Positions 26,046 through 36,338 of a DNA stretch of 64,000 bases are shown one piece after another. The stretch is taken from the NCBI GenBank assembly GCA_964627825.1, contig CAZVLJ010000004.1:7773-71772 (forward strand), in the 5' to 3' direction. The DNA comes from an uncultured Rikenella sp. (GTDB taxonomy: Bacteria; Bacteroidota; Bacteroidia; Bacteroidales; VadinHA17). A model generated the notes under the pieces. It did not search any database, had not been told where the DNA came from, and saw only the letters and a program-made list of their open reading frames with translations. Positions within the stretch are counted from its first letter, which is position 1. Each line of letters begins with the position of its first letter. Position numbers and translations under genes: made by a program.

Positions 26046-28391
26046 ATGAGGGATAAGAAATTCAGGAAGAACATTATCTGGTTCTGGGTGATAATTTCTC
26101 TGCCGGCGCTGCTGGTGATGACGCTGTTCATCCTTATTTCTGCCAACAGGCTCGGGCCCATTCCCTCTTTCGGGGAGCTGGAGAACCCTGACAACAGCCT
26201 CGCCGCCGAGGTCTATTCGGAAGATGATGTATTGCTTGGCAAATTTTATATACAGAACCGTACCTGGACGGAATATGAAGCGATATCACCCTATGTGATT
26301 GATGCTCTTATTGCCACGGAAGATATCAGGTTTTACAGGCATTCGGGAATAGACTTCCGGGGGCTGGCAAGGGTGCTTGTCAAAACAATCATACTGGGTC
26401 AGAACACCGGGGGAGGCAGTACCATCACCCAGCAGCTGGCGAAGAACCTTTTCCTTCCCAGGGATCTCTCCAATGACCCTGCACTTGTGCGTGCCTCAAA
26501 GCTGGCAGTGGCTAAATTCAAGGAGTGGCAGACGGCGGTGAAGCTTGAGAAGAGCTACACAAAGGAAGAGATCATCACCATGTATCTCAACGTGTTTGAC
26601 TTTATCTACAATGCCGTTGGCATTAACTCGGCGGCACGCATATACTTTAATACAACGCCTGACTCGCTTAACATAGAGCAGAGTGCCATGCTGGTGGGCA
26701 TGCTCAAGAATTCGGTGGCCTATAATCCCCTGCGCAATGAAGAGTCAGCGTTACGGAGGCGTAACGTGGTTATCTCACAGATGGAGCGGTACGGATATAT
26801 ATCACATGCGGTGGCTGACTCGGTCAGTGAGCTGCCCCTGGGGATAGACCTTCGCGAGGACAGCCACAATACAGGCCCGGCAACCTACCTCAGGGAATAT
26901 ATCAGGTCAACTATGAACAGCAAACAGCCGGAGAGAAAAAGCTTCTGGTCGGAAGATCAGTACAATGATGCTCTCTGGCGCTGGGAGAATGATCCCCTCT
27001 ACGGGTGGTGCCAGAAGAACACAAAACCTGACGGCACTCCGTATAACCTGTACCGTGATGGTCTGAGGATCTACACTACGGTTAACTCGAAGATGCAGAC
27101 CTATGCAGAGGAGGCACTGGTGGAACATCTCTCGAAGAACCTCCAGCCGGTCTTCGACAAGAGAGCCAGAAACTACAGAAACCCGCCCTGGTCGAATGAC
27201 CTCACCAGCGCACAGGTAAAGCAGATAATGGACCGGTCAGTCAGACAGAGCGACAGGTACCAGAGCATGAGGCGCAATGGCATTCCCGAGGATTCAATCA
27301 CGCTGGCCTTCAATACGCCAATACCCATGAAGCTCTTTTCCTGGGACGGGGAGATTGATACCGTGATGACCCCCATTGACTCCATAAGGTATTATAAGTA
27401 CTTTGTCAGATCATCTTTCATGGCCATGGACCCGCATTCGGGTCATGTATGGGCATATGTCGGCGGACCTGACTTCAGGTACTTCAAGTATGATGCTGTT
27501 ACCCAGCAGAAGAAACAGGTGGGATCAACCATCAAACCCTTTCTCTATACACTGGCCATGCAGGACGGCATGTCGCCCTGCTTTGAGGTTGAGAATGTAG
27601 CCCGTTCATTTGAGCTGCCGGGTGACTCGGTCCCCTGGAGACCCAGAAGCTCCGGTCCTGAGGAGTATCATGGCAGGAGGGTGACCCTGAAATGGGGCCT
27701 TGCCCAGTCTGAAAACTATATATCTGCCTGGCTGATGAAGCAGTTCTCGCCGCAGGCAGTGGTTGACATCATGCACCGCATGGGCATCAGGAGCTTTATA
27801 GACCCGGTCTATTCAATTTTCCTGGGGACCTCTGATCTCTCCCTGGAGGAGATGGTAGGGGCATACGGCACCTTCGCCAACAAGGGAGTGTATACCCGTC
27901 CTCTGTATGTGACACGTATAGAGGACAGAAACGGAAACATCATATCCACCTTCAATCCCTATATTGACGAGGTGATAAGTGAGGATGATGCCTTCCTGAT
28001 GACATCACTGCTGAAAGGTGTTGTCACCAACGGAACGGCGGTGAGGCTCAGGCTCACCTATAAGCTTAACAATGCCATGGGAGGGAAGACCGGCACCACG
28101 CAGAATCACTCCAACGGGTGGTTTATGGGTGTGATGCCTGACCTGGTGGCAGGTGTATGGACCGGTTGGGAGGATCAGGCCATCCACTTCGAGGATCTCT
28201 CCATGGGTCAGGGAGCCAACATGGCACTGCCTGTATTCGGGCTCTTCCTGCAGAAATTGCTTGCCGACGAGGATTTTGCCATCATGGGTACGGCGGATTT
28301 CGAAGCACCGCCGGGCTTCAACGTGGAGCTTGACTGTGACAGGGTCAACAGCCAACAGCAGGTCAATTCCTACCGTCAACGTGAGTATTAG
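26046..28391 (+). CDS. bifunctional penicillin-binding protein 1A (glycosyltransferase + transpeptidase)
   Basis: GT51 motifs EDIRFYRHSGID and GGSTITQQLAKN. Transpeptidase motifs STIKP (SxxK), SEN (SxN) and KTGTT. N-terminal TM anchor. Confidence 0.9.
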   Translation: MRDKKFRKNIIWFWVIISLPALLVMTLFILISANRLGPIPSFGELENPDNSLAAEVYSEDDVLLGKFYIQNRTWTEYEAISPYVIDALIATEDIRFYRHSGIDFRGLARVLVKTIILGQNTGGGSTITQQLAKNLFLPRDLSNDPALVRASKLAVAKFKEWQTAVKLEKSYTKEEIITMYLNVFDFIYNAVGINSAARIYFNTTPDSLNIEQSAMLVGMLKNSVAYNPLRNEESALRRRNVVISQMERYGYISHAVADSVSELPLGIDLREDSHNTGPATYLREYIRSTMNSKQPERKSFWSEDQYNDALWRWENDPLYGWCQKNTKPDGTPYNLYRDGLRIYTTVNSKMQTYAEEALVEHLSKNLQPVFDKRARNYRNPPWSNDLTSAQVKQIMDRSVRQSDRYQSMRRNGIPEDSITLAFNTPIPMKLFSWDGEIDTVMTPIDSIRYYKYFVRSSFMAMDPHSGHVWAYVGGPDFRYFKYDAVTQQKKQVGSTIKPFLYTLAMQDGMSPCFEVENVARSFELPGDSVPWRPRSSGPEEYHGRRVTLKWGLAQSENYISAWLMKQFSPQAVVDIMHRMGIRSFIDPVYSIFLGTSDLSLEEMVGAYGTFANKGVYTRPLYVTRIEDRNGNIISTFNPYIDEVISEDDAFLMTSLLKGVVTNGTAVRLRLTYKLNNAMGGKTGTTQNHSNGWFMGVMPDLVAGVWTGWEDQAIHFEDLSMGQGANMALPVFGLFLQKLLADEDFAIMGTADFEAPPGFNVELDCDRVNSQQQVNSYRQREY

Positions 28392-28394
28392 GAA

Positions 28395-28464
28395 AGTCTG
28401 AAGGTCTGTCGCTTCGCTCTGCCATACGGCGGATCCCCGCATGCGGTCTGACAGTCTGAAGGTC
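28395..28464. repeat. 12-bp direct repeat in the PBP1A/radA convergent spacer
   Basis: AGTCTGAAGGTC at 28395-28406 and 28453-28464. GTCTGA-like words recur, and the palindrome CCGCATGCGG lies at 28437-28446. Confidence 0.7.
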
Positions 28465-28489
28465 AGAGGATCTTCATCTGAAAGTTTTT

Positions 28490-29842
28490 TCAGGCAAAGA
28501 GAAGTTTTGCCAGCCCCTCGATCTTATATACCTTTGATATCTTCAACCCGGGAACATCTCTTATACCCCTGTGAAATCCCGAGACCACTATCTCACTGAA
28601 TCCCATCCTGGCTGCCTCGGTGATCCGTTGTTCAATCCTGGCTACAGGTCTGATCTCGCCGGAGAGGCTCACCTCGGCAGCGAAAGCTGTATGATGATCA
28701 ACAGGGATGTCGAGGTTTGAGGAGAGCACTGCTGCCACCACTGCCAGGTCAATTGCCGGGTCACTTACTTTCAGTCCCCCTGCTATATTCAGGAACACGT
28801 CCTTGGCTCCGAGTCTGAAGCCTGCTCTTTTCTCGAGCACTGCCAGGAGCATGTTCAGGCGCCGGGTGTCAAACCCTGTTGAGCTGCGCTGGGGTGTTCC
28901 GTAGACAGCGCTGCTCACCAGTGACTGTGTCTCTATCAGGAAAGGCCGTACCCCGTCAACCGTGGCGGCGATTGTCACCCCGCTGGCCGGATCACGGTCG
29001 CGGCGGATGAACAGCTCCGAGGGGTCAGTCACCTCGCGCAGTCCACCGGAGCCCATCTCAAAGATGCCGATCTCTGCCGTTGAGCCGAAGCGGTTCTTTA
29101 CTGGTCTGAGGATACGGAAGACATAGTTGCCGTCGCCCTCAAACTGCAGGACCACGTCAACGATATGTTCAAGCACCTTCGGCCCCGCCAGGGTGCCATC
29201 CTTGGTTATATGCCCTATCAGTATTACCGGTATGCCTGTCTCCTTGGCAAAGCGAAGCATCATTGCCGCGCACTCCCTGACCTGGGTCACTGATCCGGCG
29301 GAGGACTCCAGCAGTGACGAGCTGAGTGTCTGGATGGAATCAATGATCAGCAGCTCAGGTTTGATGGCTGTGGCCTGGGTGAGGACGCTCTCGAGTTCTG
29401 TCTCGTTATAGATGAAGCATCTCTCATTACGGCCCTCGAGCCTCCCGGCTCTCAGCTTGACCTGACCCTCGCTCTCCTCGCCGGAGACATAGAGAACCGT
29501 TCTGCCCTGTGTTGCAAGGGCTATCTGCAGGGCGAGGGTCGACTTGCCTATTCCCGGCTCGCCACCCATGAGTATCAGTGATCCCTTCACCATCCCTCCC
29601 CCGAGGATACGGTCGGTCTCGGAGATGCCACTGGTGATGCGGTCGTTCTCATTCAGCTCTATTCCTGACAGCAGTTCGGGCTTACGCCGGGTGATATCCC
29701 TGCTGATGCCCGAAGGCGGAGCGGAGGAGACAATCTCTTCGCGGTAGCTGTTCCACTCGCCGCAGGCCGGACAATGGCCTATCCATTTGGGTGACTCTGC
29801 GCCGCAGTTCTGGCACACGTATACGCTTTTGCTCTTTGCCAT
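28490..29842 (-). CDS. radA: DNA repair protein RadA
   Basis: Zn-finger CQNCGAESPKWIGHCPACGEW, Walker A GEPGIGKST, KNRFG motif, Lon-like C-terminus. Start set to ATG 29842 (MAKSKSVYVC..), 24 nt downstream of a -7 box. Confidence 0.95.
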   Translation of the reverse strand: MAKSKSVYVCQNCGAESPKWIGHCPACGEWNSYREEIVSSAPPSGISRDITRRKPELLSGIELNENDRITSGISETDRILGGGMVKGSLILMGGEPGIGKSTLALQIALATQGRTVLYVSGEESEGQVKLRAGRLEGRNERCFIYNETELESVLTQATAIKPELLIIDSIQTLSSSLLESSAGSVTQVRECAAMMLRFAKETGIPVILIGHITKDGTLAGPKVLEHIVDVVLQFEGDGNYVFRILRPVKNRFGSTAEIGIFEMGSGGLREVTDPSELFIRRDRDPASGVTIAATVDGVRPFLIETQSLVSSAVYGTPQRSSTGFDTRRLNMLLAVLEKRAGFRLGAKDVFLNIAGGLKVSDPAIDLAVVAAVLSSNLDIPVDHHTAFAAEVSLSGEIRPVARIEQRITEAARMGFSEIVVSGFHRGIRDVPGLKISKVYKIEGLAKLLFA

Positions 29843-29866
29843 GTGACACAAGGATTATGCAACAGC

Positions 29867-29874
29867 CAAATTTA
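29867..29874 (-). promoter_or_regulatory. -7 promoter box for radA
   Basis: TAAATTTG on the minus strand, 24 nt before ATG 29842. Confidence 0.5.
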
Positions 29875-29891
29875 CTAAAAAAGAAAAGGTA

Positions 29892-30929
29892 TCAGATCTC
29901 TTTTTCTGCCACCACCGATGAGAGCACCCTGCCGCCCTTCTTTCCGAAGAGCGCATAGAGAGAGATGGCGCCCAGGACAGCTATCAGTATCATCTGTGAC
30001 TCATGCTCCAGGGTGGCGTAAGCCAGGCCTTCCTCAAGGGGGATGGCGTATGCTACCAGCATTCCGCGCGACACAATCCAGTGATATGCTCCCAGACCGC
30101 TCTGCACCGGCGCCGCCATGCCGAAGCTGCCAATGATAAGTATGAACAGGGTGGCTTCCACGCCTAGGTCGGATGTTGATTCGAGACAGAGCAGCGGGAA
30201 GTAGGACATGAAAAAGTAAGAGATCCAGAGCAGCAGCGTAAGAATCAGGAATTCCAATTTGCGACGTAGCCGGAGGATGGACTTGAGACCTGTAAGCAGA
30301 CCATCGGAGAAGGAGTATAACTTTTTGAAAACAGGGTAGCCTGAAAGCCTCTCACGCAGCATAAAAAACATAACTACCGCTGTGATTGCGAGCAGCAGCA
30401 CTATGACCGTTATCACCGTCGCTGACCCGATGGATGAGGTGATTTTCTCCTCGGCCGGTCCAAATATATTTTCTGAGAGGAAGTTTCCCGTGGCAGTGCT
30501 CCCGGCAATCACTGTCACTGCCAACAGCACCAGCACGGTGAGGATGTCAACAGTGCGCTCGATAAGCATCGTTCCCACAAGCTTGTCGAAGGGAATATTC
30601 TCCTTTTTCCCCAGTGCGGCACACTTGGCCACTTCTCCCAGCCTGGGGAAGATCATGTTGGCAAAGTAACCGGTCACAACTGCATGGCTCGTGTTGGTCA
30701 GGCCGGGTGTGGTTCCCAGGGGCTCTATGAGCAGTATCCACCGGCGGGCCCTGACAATGAAGCTCAGGATGGAGAAGGCAACAGCGGGTAGAAGCCAGAA
30801 ATAATTCGCTTTGCGAAGAACGGTCCACAACTCTGCGAAGTCGATGTCACGAAACGACAGCCAGAGTAGTAGAGCGGCAAAGGCCAGAAACAGAGCGGCC
30901 CTTAACAATTGCTTCAAATCCTTTTTCAA
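29892..30929 (-). CDS. polytopic membrane protein, UPF0104 / lysyl-phosphatidylglycerol-synthase-TM-region-like (flippase-like)
   Basis: 345 aa with about 8 hydrophobic helices. It begins 3 nt after the panD stop, suggesting co-transcription. The family call is from memory. Confidence 0.6.
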   Translation of the reverse strand: MKKDLKQLLRAALFLAFAALLLWLSFRDIDFAELWTVLRKANYFWLLPAVAFSILSFIVRARRWILLIEPLGTTPGLTNTSHAVVTGYFANMIFPRLGEVAKCAALGKKENIPFDKLVGTMLIERTVDILTVLVLLAVTVIAGSTATGNFLSENIFGPAEEKITSSIGSATVITVIVLLLAITAVVMFFMLRERLSGYPVFKKLYSFSDGLLTGLKSILRLRRKLEFLILTLLLWISYFFMSYFPLLCLESTSDLGVEATLFILIIGSFGMAAPVQSGLGAYHWIVSRGMLVAYAIPLEEGLAYATLEHESQMILIAVLGAISLYALFGKKGGRVLSSVVAEKEI

Positions 30930-30932
30930 AGC

Positions 30933-31283
30933 TCAGACCAGTTTATTTGTGGCGGTATCGGGAAATAGCAGATGTGGTTTGAATGATTTGGCCTCTTCAG
31001 GGGTGAGCTGGGCGTAAGCCATTATTATTACTACATCTCCCACACTCATCTTCCTGGCTGCGGGTCCGTTGAGACATATCTCTCCTGATCCCCTGCGGCC
31101 GGTGATTACATAGGTCTCCAGCCTCTCCCCGTTGTTCCTGTTCAGGACCTGTACCTTCTCATGCTCCAGCAGGCCGGCAGCATCCATCAGGTCCTCATCG
31201 ATTGTGACACTGCCTATGTAATTGAGGTCAGCGCCGGTGACTGTGACGTTATGTATCTTTGATTTGAGAATCTCTATTGTCAT
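30933..31283 (-). CDS. panD: aspartate 1-decarboxylase
   Basis: [29 protein letters not shown].., including the self-processing G-S site. Start moved to ATG 31283 (the track ORF extends 22 codons upstream). Confidence 0.9.
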   Translation of the reverse strand: MTIEILKSKIHNVTVTGADLNYIGSVTIDEDLMDAAGLLEHEKVQVLNRNNGERLETYVITGRRGSGEICLNGPAARKMSVGDVVIIMAYAQLTPEEAKSFKPHLLFPDTATNKLV

Positions 31284-31329
31284 CTTGTCTGATTGATTAT
31301 TGACGGTGCAAAGATATATATCCTTTTTT

Positions 31330-32187
31330 TTACCGCAACGCCACTTCAATATTGTCTATCAGCCTTACTTCTCCTGCCCTGAGGGCGATACAGGCATAAT
31401 AACCTTTGTCGGGAGACATCTCTATTACCGCTCTTACCGGGTTGAGGGTGCTCTCCTCCACTATCTCAAAATATTCCAGACTGAAGTCAGGGATCATGTT
31501 TATCCGGTCAGCAACGAATTCCTTTATCTCTGATATTTCATAGTCAGAGATCATGGCGCCTGAGGCTATCAGGGTCCGGTATATCTCACCGGCCCTTTCA
31601 CGGTGCTGGGTAAGCAGCCTTCTGTTACGGCTGCTCATTGCCAGGCCGTCAGGTTCTCTGAGGATGGGGCATGCAATGATCTCCATCTTCGGATAGTGGC
31701 GTCTGGCCAGTTCCCTGATGATGGTGAGCTGCTGAAAGTCCTTCTGTCCGAAGAAGGCACATGAAGGCCTGATGATGTCAAAGAGGCGTGAGACCACCTG
31801 CGCCACTCCGTTGAAGTGCCCTGGCCGGTGCAATCCCTCCATCACCTTTTCAAGATCACCGAAGTCGAACTGGCGGGTGTCAGGTTCAGGATAGATCTCC
31901 TCCACAGGAGGTGTAAAGACAAAATCATTCTCTCTCAGGTACCCTGACAGCATCTGCAGGTCAGCATCGAGGGCCCTGGGGTATTTTGCCAGGTCATCAG
32001 GATCATTGAACTGTGTGGGGTTAACGAAGATGCTCACGGCTGTCATGCGGCAGCTCTCCACAGCTCTCTGAACCAGCGAGATATGGCCCTCATGCAGTGC
32101 TCCCATGGTAGGCACGAAACCCGGGTTGCGAAGGACGCATACCCTGTAATGTTCCTTCACCTCCTTGGCTGTTGTAAGTACTTTCAT
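31330..32187 (-). CDS. panC: pantoate--beta-alanine ligase
   Basis: [13 protein letters not shown] (HxGH motif), ..FGQKDFQQ.., 285 aa. Confidence 0.95.
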   Translation of the reverse strand: MKVLTTAKEVKEHYRVCVLRNPGFVPTMGALHEGHISLVQRAVESCRMTAVSIFVNPTQFNDPDDLAKYPRALDADLQMLSGYLRENDFVFTPPVEEIYPEPDTRQFDFGDLEKVMEGLHRPGHFNGVAQVVSRLFDIIRPSCAFFGQKDFQQLTIIRELARRHYPKMEIIACPILREPDGLAMSSRNRRLLTQHRERAGEIYRTLIASGAMISDYEISEIKEFVADRINMIPDFSLEYFEIVEESTLNPVRAVIEMSPDKGYYACIALRAGEVRLIDNIEVALR

Positions 32188-32314
32188 GGCTATGGCATTT
32201 TTCAGATTACCGGGGCTTTTTACACTAATGACAGGGGCCCGTTACTGCAAAATAACACCATTTTGTCGGTAACCCGTTGTAATTAAGCTTGGAAATTAAT
32301 TCTATTTTTTTTAT

Positions 32315-32322
32315 TATCTTTG
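32315..32322 (+). promoter_or_regulatory. -7 promoter box for the glycogen-synthase-like/glmS operon
   Basis: TATCTTTG, 38 nt before ATG 32361, within an AT-rich stretch. Confidence 0.5.
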
Positions 32323-32360
32323 CACTTTCAATTAATATCCAGTTATATCGGGAGGTTTTA

Positions 32361-33182
32361 ATGGAGAGCAGAAGGGTATTGTTTGTTTCACAGGAGATCA
32401 TGCCCTATCTTGGTGAGACAAAGCTTTCAAAGATCAGCCGTGATCTGCCACAGGGCATACAGGAGAGGGGGAAGGAGATACGGACATTCATGCCCCGTTA
32501 CGGTTCAATCAATGAAAGGAGAAACCAGCTTCACGAAGTTATTCGTCTTTCGGGGATGAATCTGATAATTGATGACACGGATCATCCGCTTATCATCAAG
32601 GTAGCCTCAATACAGTCGGCCCGCATGCAGGTCTACTTCATTGACAATGATGATTATTTTCATCGCAAGCACACGGTGGCTGATGCCTCGGGGAACGAGT
32701 ACGAGGATAATGATGAGAGGGCCATCTTTTTTGCCCGCGGGGTGATTGAGACGGTGCGCAAGCTGCGCTGGAGTCCTGACATTGTTCACTGCCACGGCTG
32801 GCTTGCATCACTGGTGCCTCTTTATATAAGGAAACTATATTCGGATGACCCCGTTTTCAGCAAGGTCAAATCAGTATATTCAGTTTACAATAACGGATTT
32901 AAAAAAACGTTAAAATCTTCACTGTCCGATAAGCTGGTGGCAGACGGCATAGATGCCGGCGCCCTCGGTGCCATAAAGAAAGGGGCCGATTTTCTCAGCC
33001 TGACTACTCTTACCGTAGAGAATTCTGACGGTATAATTCTCGGGTGTGAGAAAATTGACGAGGAGGTGAAGAAAAAGGTCACAGCCATGGGAAAGCCTCT
33101 TCTTGAGTACCAGGGAGAGGAGAATTATATAGATGCATACAATGACTTTTATGATAAACTCCTTCTGGAATCTGCAAAATAA
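32361..33182 (+). CDS. half-length glycogen/starch-synthase-like protein (GT5 N-terminal domain only)
   Basis: VLFVSQEIMPY.. and ..DIVHCHGW.. are typical of the starch-synthase catalytic domain, but the protein is only 273 aa. Start set to ATG 32361, 38 nt downstream of a -7 box. Confidence 0.7.
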   Translation: MESRRVLFVSQEIMPYLGETKLSKISRDLPQGIQERGKEIRTFMPRYGSINERRNQLHEVIRLSGMNLIIDDTDHPLIIKVASIQSARMQVYFIDNDDYFHRKHTVADASGNEYEDNDERAIFFARGVIETVRKLRWSPDIVHCHGWLASLVPLYIRKLYSDDPVFSKVKSVYSVYNNGFKKTLKSSLSDKLVADGIDAGALGAIKKGADFLSLTTLTVENSDGIILGCEKIDEEVKKKVTAMGKPLLEYQGEENYIDAYNDFYDKLLLESAK

Positions 33183-34461
33183 AAATCACCGTTATACCTT
33201 CAGGGGTATACGGACAATCATAGTTCCCCTCTTTTCACTGCTGCTCGCAGCTCTTTCCTCCTGCTCACAGGATCCGGTGAAGATTGGTATAGGACTGCTT
33301 CCCGGCAGTGACTTTATAGAGATAGAGTCAACCGATACGGTAGGGATAAGAGCCTATACGATGTATAATGATCTCACCCTGACCACTGACTATACCAGGA
33401 TGATTGCCGGCTCGGTATATGATAAATATTTTGGCACCACCTACTGTGACCTGGTGACACAGCTCCGGTTGATGACCAGGTGGCCGGGCAGAGAGTTTGA
33501 GATTGACTCGGTGCTACTTACCTTTGTCCCCGCAAGGGTGTCGGGGAACGACAGTACCGCAGTTCACTATATTCGGCTCTGTGAGACCGGCACCTTGATC
33601 ACTGACTCAACCGACTTCTACACCGGGCAGGATCCGGACACCATAATGTACCTGGGCGAATACCGCCTGCCAGACCTGGAAGCCGGAAGCGCTGCCGTTG
33701 TCAAGCTTCACAACTGGGTTGGCGAGCACCTGTTAAGAGACACTACAATGTTGCTTTCCGGTGCAAAATTCTACGAAGAGTATTTCAGGGGGCTCTACGT
33801 TGCCATCAAAAGCGAGACAGAACCGATAATGGTGGAGATGAATGCTTCAGAACAGGTCACCATTGACCCGCTCGGGATAACTATTTTTTACCATTCCGAT
33901 ACTCTCCAGTACAACTATTCATTTGTGGCTACCCCCAGGGCAGTCAACTACAACAGGTTCACTCATGACCGCACCACCGCAGATCCTGACGTGCAGATAA
34001 TCCATGTCAATGATATGGTGACTGATACGGCAGCATTTATGCAAAGCTACATGGGTCTCTATGTGAAACTTGACATGCCATCACTTGAAGCCTACAGAAA
34101 CGTCTCCAACCTGGCAGTGAACAAGGCAAGAATATTTGCTCCGGTACACCTTGATGATGAACACTTCCCCGAGAAGGAGATGCCGACACAGATCTATGTA
34201 CGTTACCGCAACAGAGAAGGAAGGGAGTTACCCATACCTGACCTGGTACATGACATCAGCTTCATGGATGGCACATATTACTCTGACAAAGACAGCTACA
34301 TCTTCAACATAACCTCATTTGTCCAGGCATACCTCAACGGGGAGATAGATGAACCATCAGTAGAACTCTATCTCCCGCTCTCAGCTGTTAAGAACGTAAT
34401 CTTCAAGGCTAATACGAACGAACCGGCATTTAAACTGGAATTCGCGTATACATTGTATTGA
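33133..34461 (+). CDS. lipoprotein of unknown function (DUF4270-like from memory)
   Basis: Lipobox LLAALSSC. The only in-frame ATGs (33133, 33142, 33151) all overlap the preceding gene's 3' end, so the exact start is uncertain. Confidence 0.55.
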   Translation: MHTMTFMINSFWNLQNKNHRYTFRGIRTIIVPLFSLLLAALSSCSQDPVKIGIGLLPGSDFIEIESTDTVGIRAYTMYNDLTLTTDYTRMIAGSVYDKYFGTTYCDLVTQLRLMTRWPGREFEIDSVLLTFVPARVSGNDSTAVHYIRLCETGTLITDSTDFYTGQDPDTIMYLGEYRLPDLEAGSAAVVKLHNWVGEHLLRDTTMLLSGAKFYEEYFRGLYVAIKSETEPIMVEMNASEQVTIDPLGITIFYHSDTLQYNYSFVATPRAVNYNRFTHDRTTADPDVQIIHVNDMVTDTAAFMQSYMGLYVKLDMPSLEAYRNVSNLAVNKARIFAPVHLDDEHFPEKEMPTQIYVRYRNREGRELPIPDLVHDISFMDGTYYSDKDSYIFNITSFVQAYLNGEIDEPSVELYLPLSAVKNVIFKANTNEPAFKLEFAYTLY

Positions 34462-34484
34462 TTAGTTAACATTATCGGTTTTTT

Positions 34485-36323
34485 ATGTGTGGAATTGTAG
34501 GATACATAGGCTCCCGTCCTGCCCGTGATATAGTGATTAACGGACTTAAGAGGCTGGAATACAGGGGTTATGACTCAGCAGGCATAGCCATCAGCAACGG
34601 TGACAGAACGGAGATATTCAAGTGTGCCGGCAGGGTCCGTGATCTTGAAGAGATGGTCAGGGGCAAGGATTTTGACGGCTCCATTGCCATGGGACATACA
34701 CGTTGGGCCACCCACGGCGAGCCCAACGAGATCAACGCCCACCCGCAGGTTTCATGCCGCGGGCATTTTATTGTAGTGCACAACGGCATCATTGAAAACT
34801 ATGCACGTATCAAGCGGCACCTTGAGAGCCGTGACGTGAAATTCTCAAGCCAGACTGACACCGAGGTCCTGGCTAACCTGATGGAACATCTGTACCTGGA
34901 AGGTGACCTTTCTGCCGAGCAGGCTGTCATCATGGCCCTGAACAAGGTGGAGGGGACCTATGGCATAGCCGTCTATTGCCGCAATGAGCCAGGCAAACTC
35001 TTTGCCGCCAGGCAGGGATCACCGCTGGTGATAGGTGTTGGCGACGGAGAAAACTTCATTGCTTCCGATGCCACACCCATAGTAGAACATACCCAGAGGG
35101 TGATATACCTTAATGATGATGACCTGGCAGTGATCAGGAAGGATGAGATGATCCTGAAGGCCATCAGGAACAAAAGCGTGGAGCCCGAGGTGAAGGAGGT
35201 GGACCTGAAACTGGGAGAGATTGACAAGGAGGGATTTCCGCATTTTATGCTCAAGGAGATCTTTGAGCAGCCCAGGGCAATACATGACACCTTCAGGGGC
35301 AGGATTCTGCCCAATCAGTCGGGACTGATGCTGGGAGGGCTTCACAATGTCTTTGACACCATCGCTTCGGCAGACAGGATCCTTATAGTGGCCTGCGGCA
35401 CATCATGGCACGCCGGTCTTGTGGGAGAGTATATCCTTGAGGAGTTCTGCCGCATACCTGTGGAGGTTGAGTACGCATCCGAGTTCAGATATCGTGATCC
35501 GGTTATCAAGAAGGGCGACATAGTTCTTGCCATCAGCCAGAGCGGTGAGACTGCCGACACGCTGGCAGCCATACGCCTTGCAAAGGAGCGCGGGGCAATG
35601 GTGCTGGGCATATGTAATGTGGTAGGATCATCCATATCACGCGAGACCAACGCCGGCGTTTTCACCCATGCCGGCCCGGAGATAGGGGTAGCCTCAACGA
35701 AAGCCTTCACCACCCAGGTGGTGACACTGGCAATGATTGCCTTTGAGATGGGTTACCGTAAGGGACTGATTGACGAGGTGCGCTATCGCGGACTGATACA
35801 TGAGCTGACCTCGCTGCCTGATAAGGTGGAGCAGGCACTCAGGATGAATGACCAGGCTCTTGCCCTGGCAAATATCTACAAGGATTCAACCAATGCACTC
35901 TACCTGGGCAGGGGCCTGCTCTATCCGGTAGCACTGGAGGGCGCCCTCAAGCTGAAGGAGATATCTTACATCCATGCGGAGGGCTATCCTGCTGCCGAGA
36001 TGAAGCACGGACCGATAGCCCTGATAGATGAACATATGCCCGTGGTGGTTGTGGCCACAAAGGAGAACTCATACGAAAAGATCGTAAGCAACATCCAGGA
36101 AGTAAAGGCACGCAAGGGACAGATTATTGCCGTGGTCACCGAGGGAGACCAGGTGATAGGCCAGATGGCTGACCATGTGATGGAGGTGCCGGAAACCATC
36201 CCGGTCTTTGCTCCGGTACTGGCCGTAGTGCCGCTGCAACTGCTCTCATATCACATTGCAGTCCTTCGCGGATGCGATGTGGATCAACCGAGAAACCTCG
36301 CGAAATCAGTTACCGTGGAATAA
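34485..36323 (+). CDS. glmS: glutamine--fructose-6-phosphate aminotransferase (isomerizing)
   Basis: MCGIVGYIG N-terminal nucleophile Cys, two SIS domains, C-terminal ..KSVTVE; 612 aa. Confidence 0.97.
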   Translation: MCGIVGYIGSRPARDIVINGLKRLEYRGYDSAGIAISNGDRTEIFKCAGRVRDLEEMVRGKDFDGSIAMGHTRWATHGEPNEINAHPQVSCRGHFIVVHNGIIENYARIKRHLESRDVKFSSQTDTEVLANLMEHLYLEGDLSAEQAVIMALNKVEGTYGIAVYCRNEPGKLFAARQGSPLVIGVGDGENFIASDATPIVEHTQRVIYLNDDDLAVIRKDEMILKAIRNKSVEPEVKEVDLKLGEIDKEGFPHFMLKEIFEQPRAIHDTFRGRILPNQSGLMLGGLHNVFDTIASADRILIVACGTSWHAGLVGEYILEEFCRIPVEVEYASEFRYRDPVIKKGDIVLAISQSGETADTLAAIRLAKERGAMVLGICNVVGSSISRETNAGVFTHAGPEIGVASTKAFTTQVVTLAMIAFEMGYRKGLIDEVRYRGLIHELTSLPDKVEQALRMNDQALALANIYKDSTNALYLGRGLLYPVALEGALKLKEISYIHAEGYPAAEMKHGPIALIDEHMPVVVVATKENSYEKIVSNIQEVKARKGQIIAVVTEGDQVIGQMADHVMEVPETIPVFAPVLAVVPLQLLSYHIAVLRGCDVDQPRNLAKSVTVE

Positions 36324-36338
36324 TATATACTGCGAATT

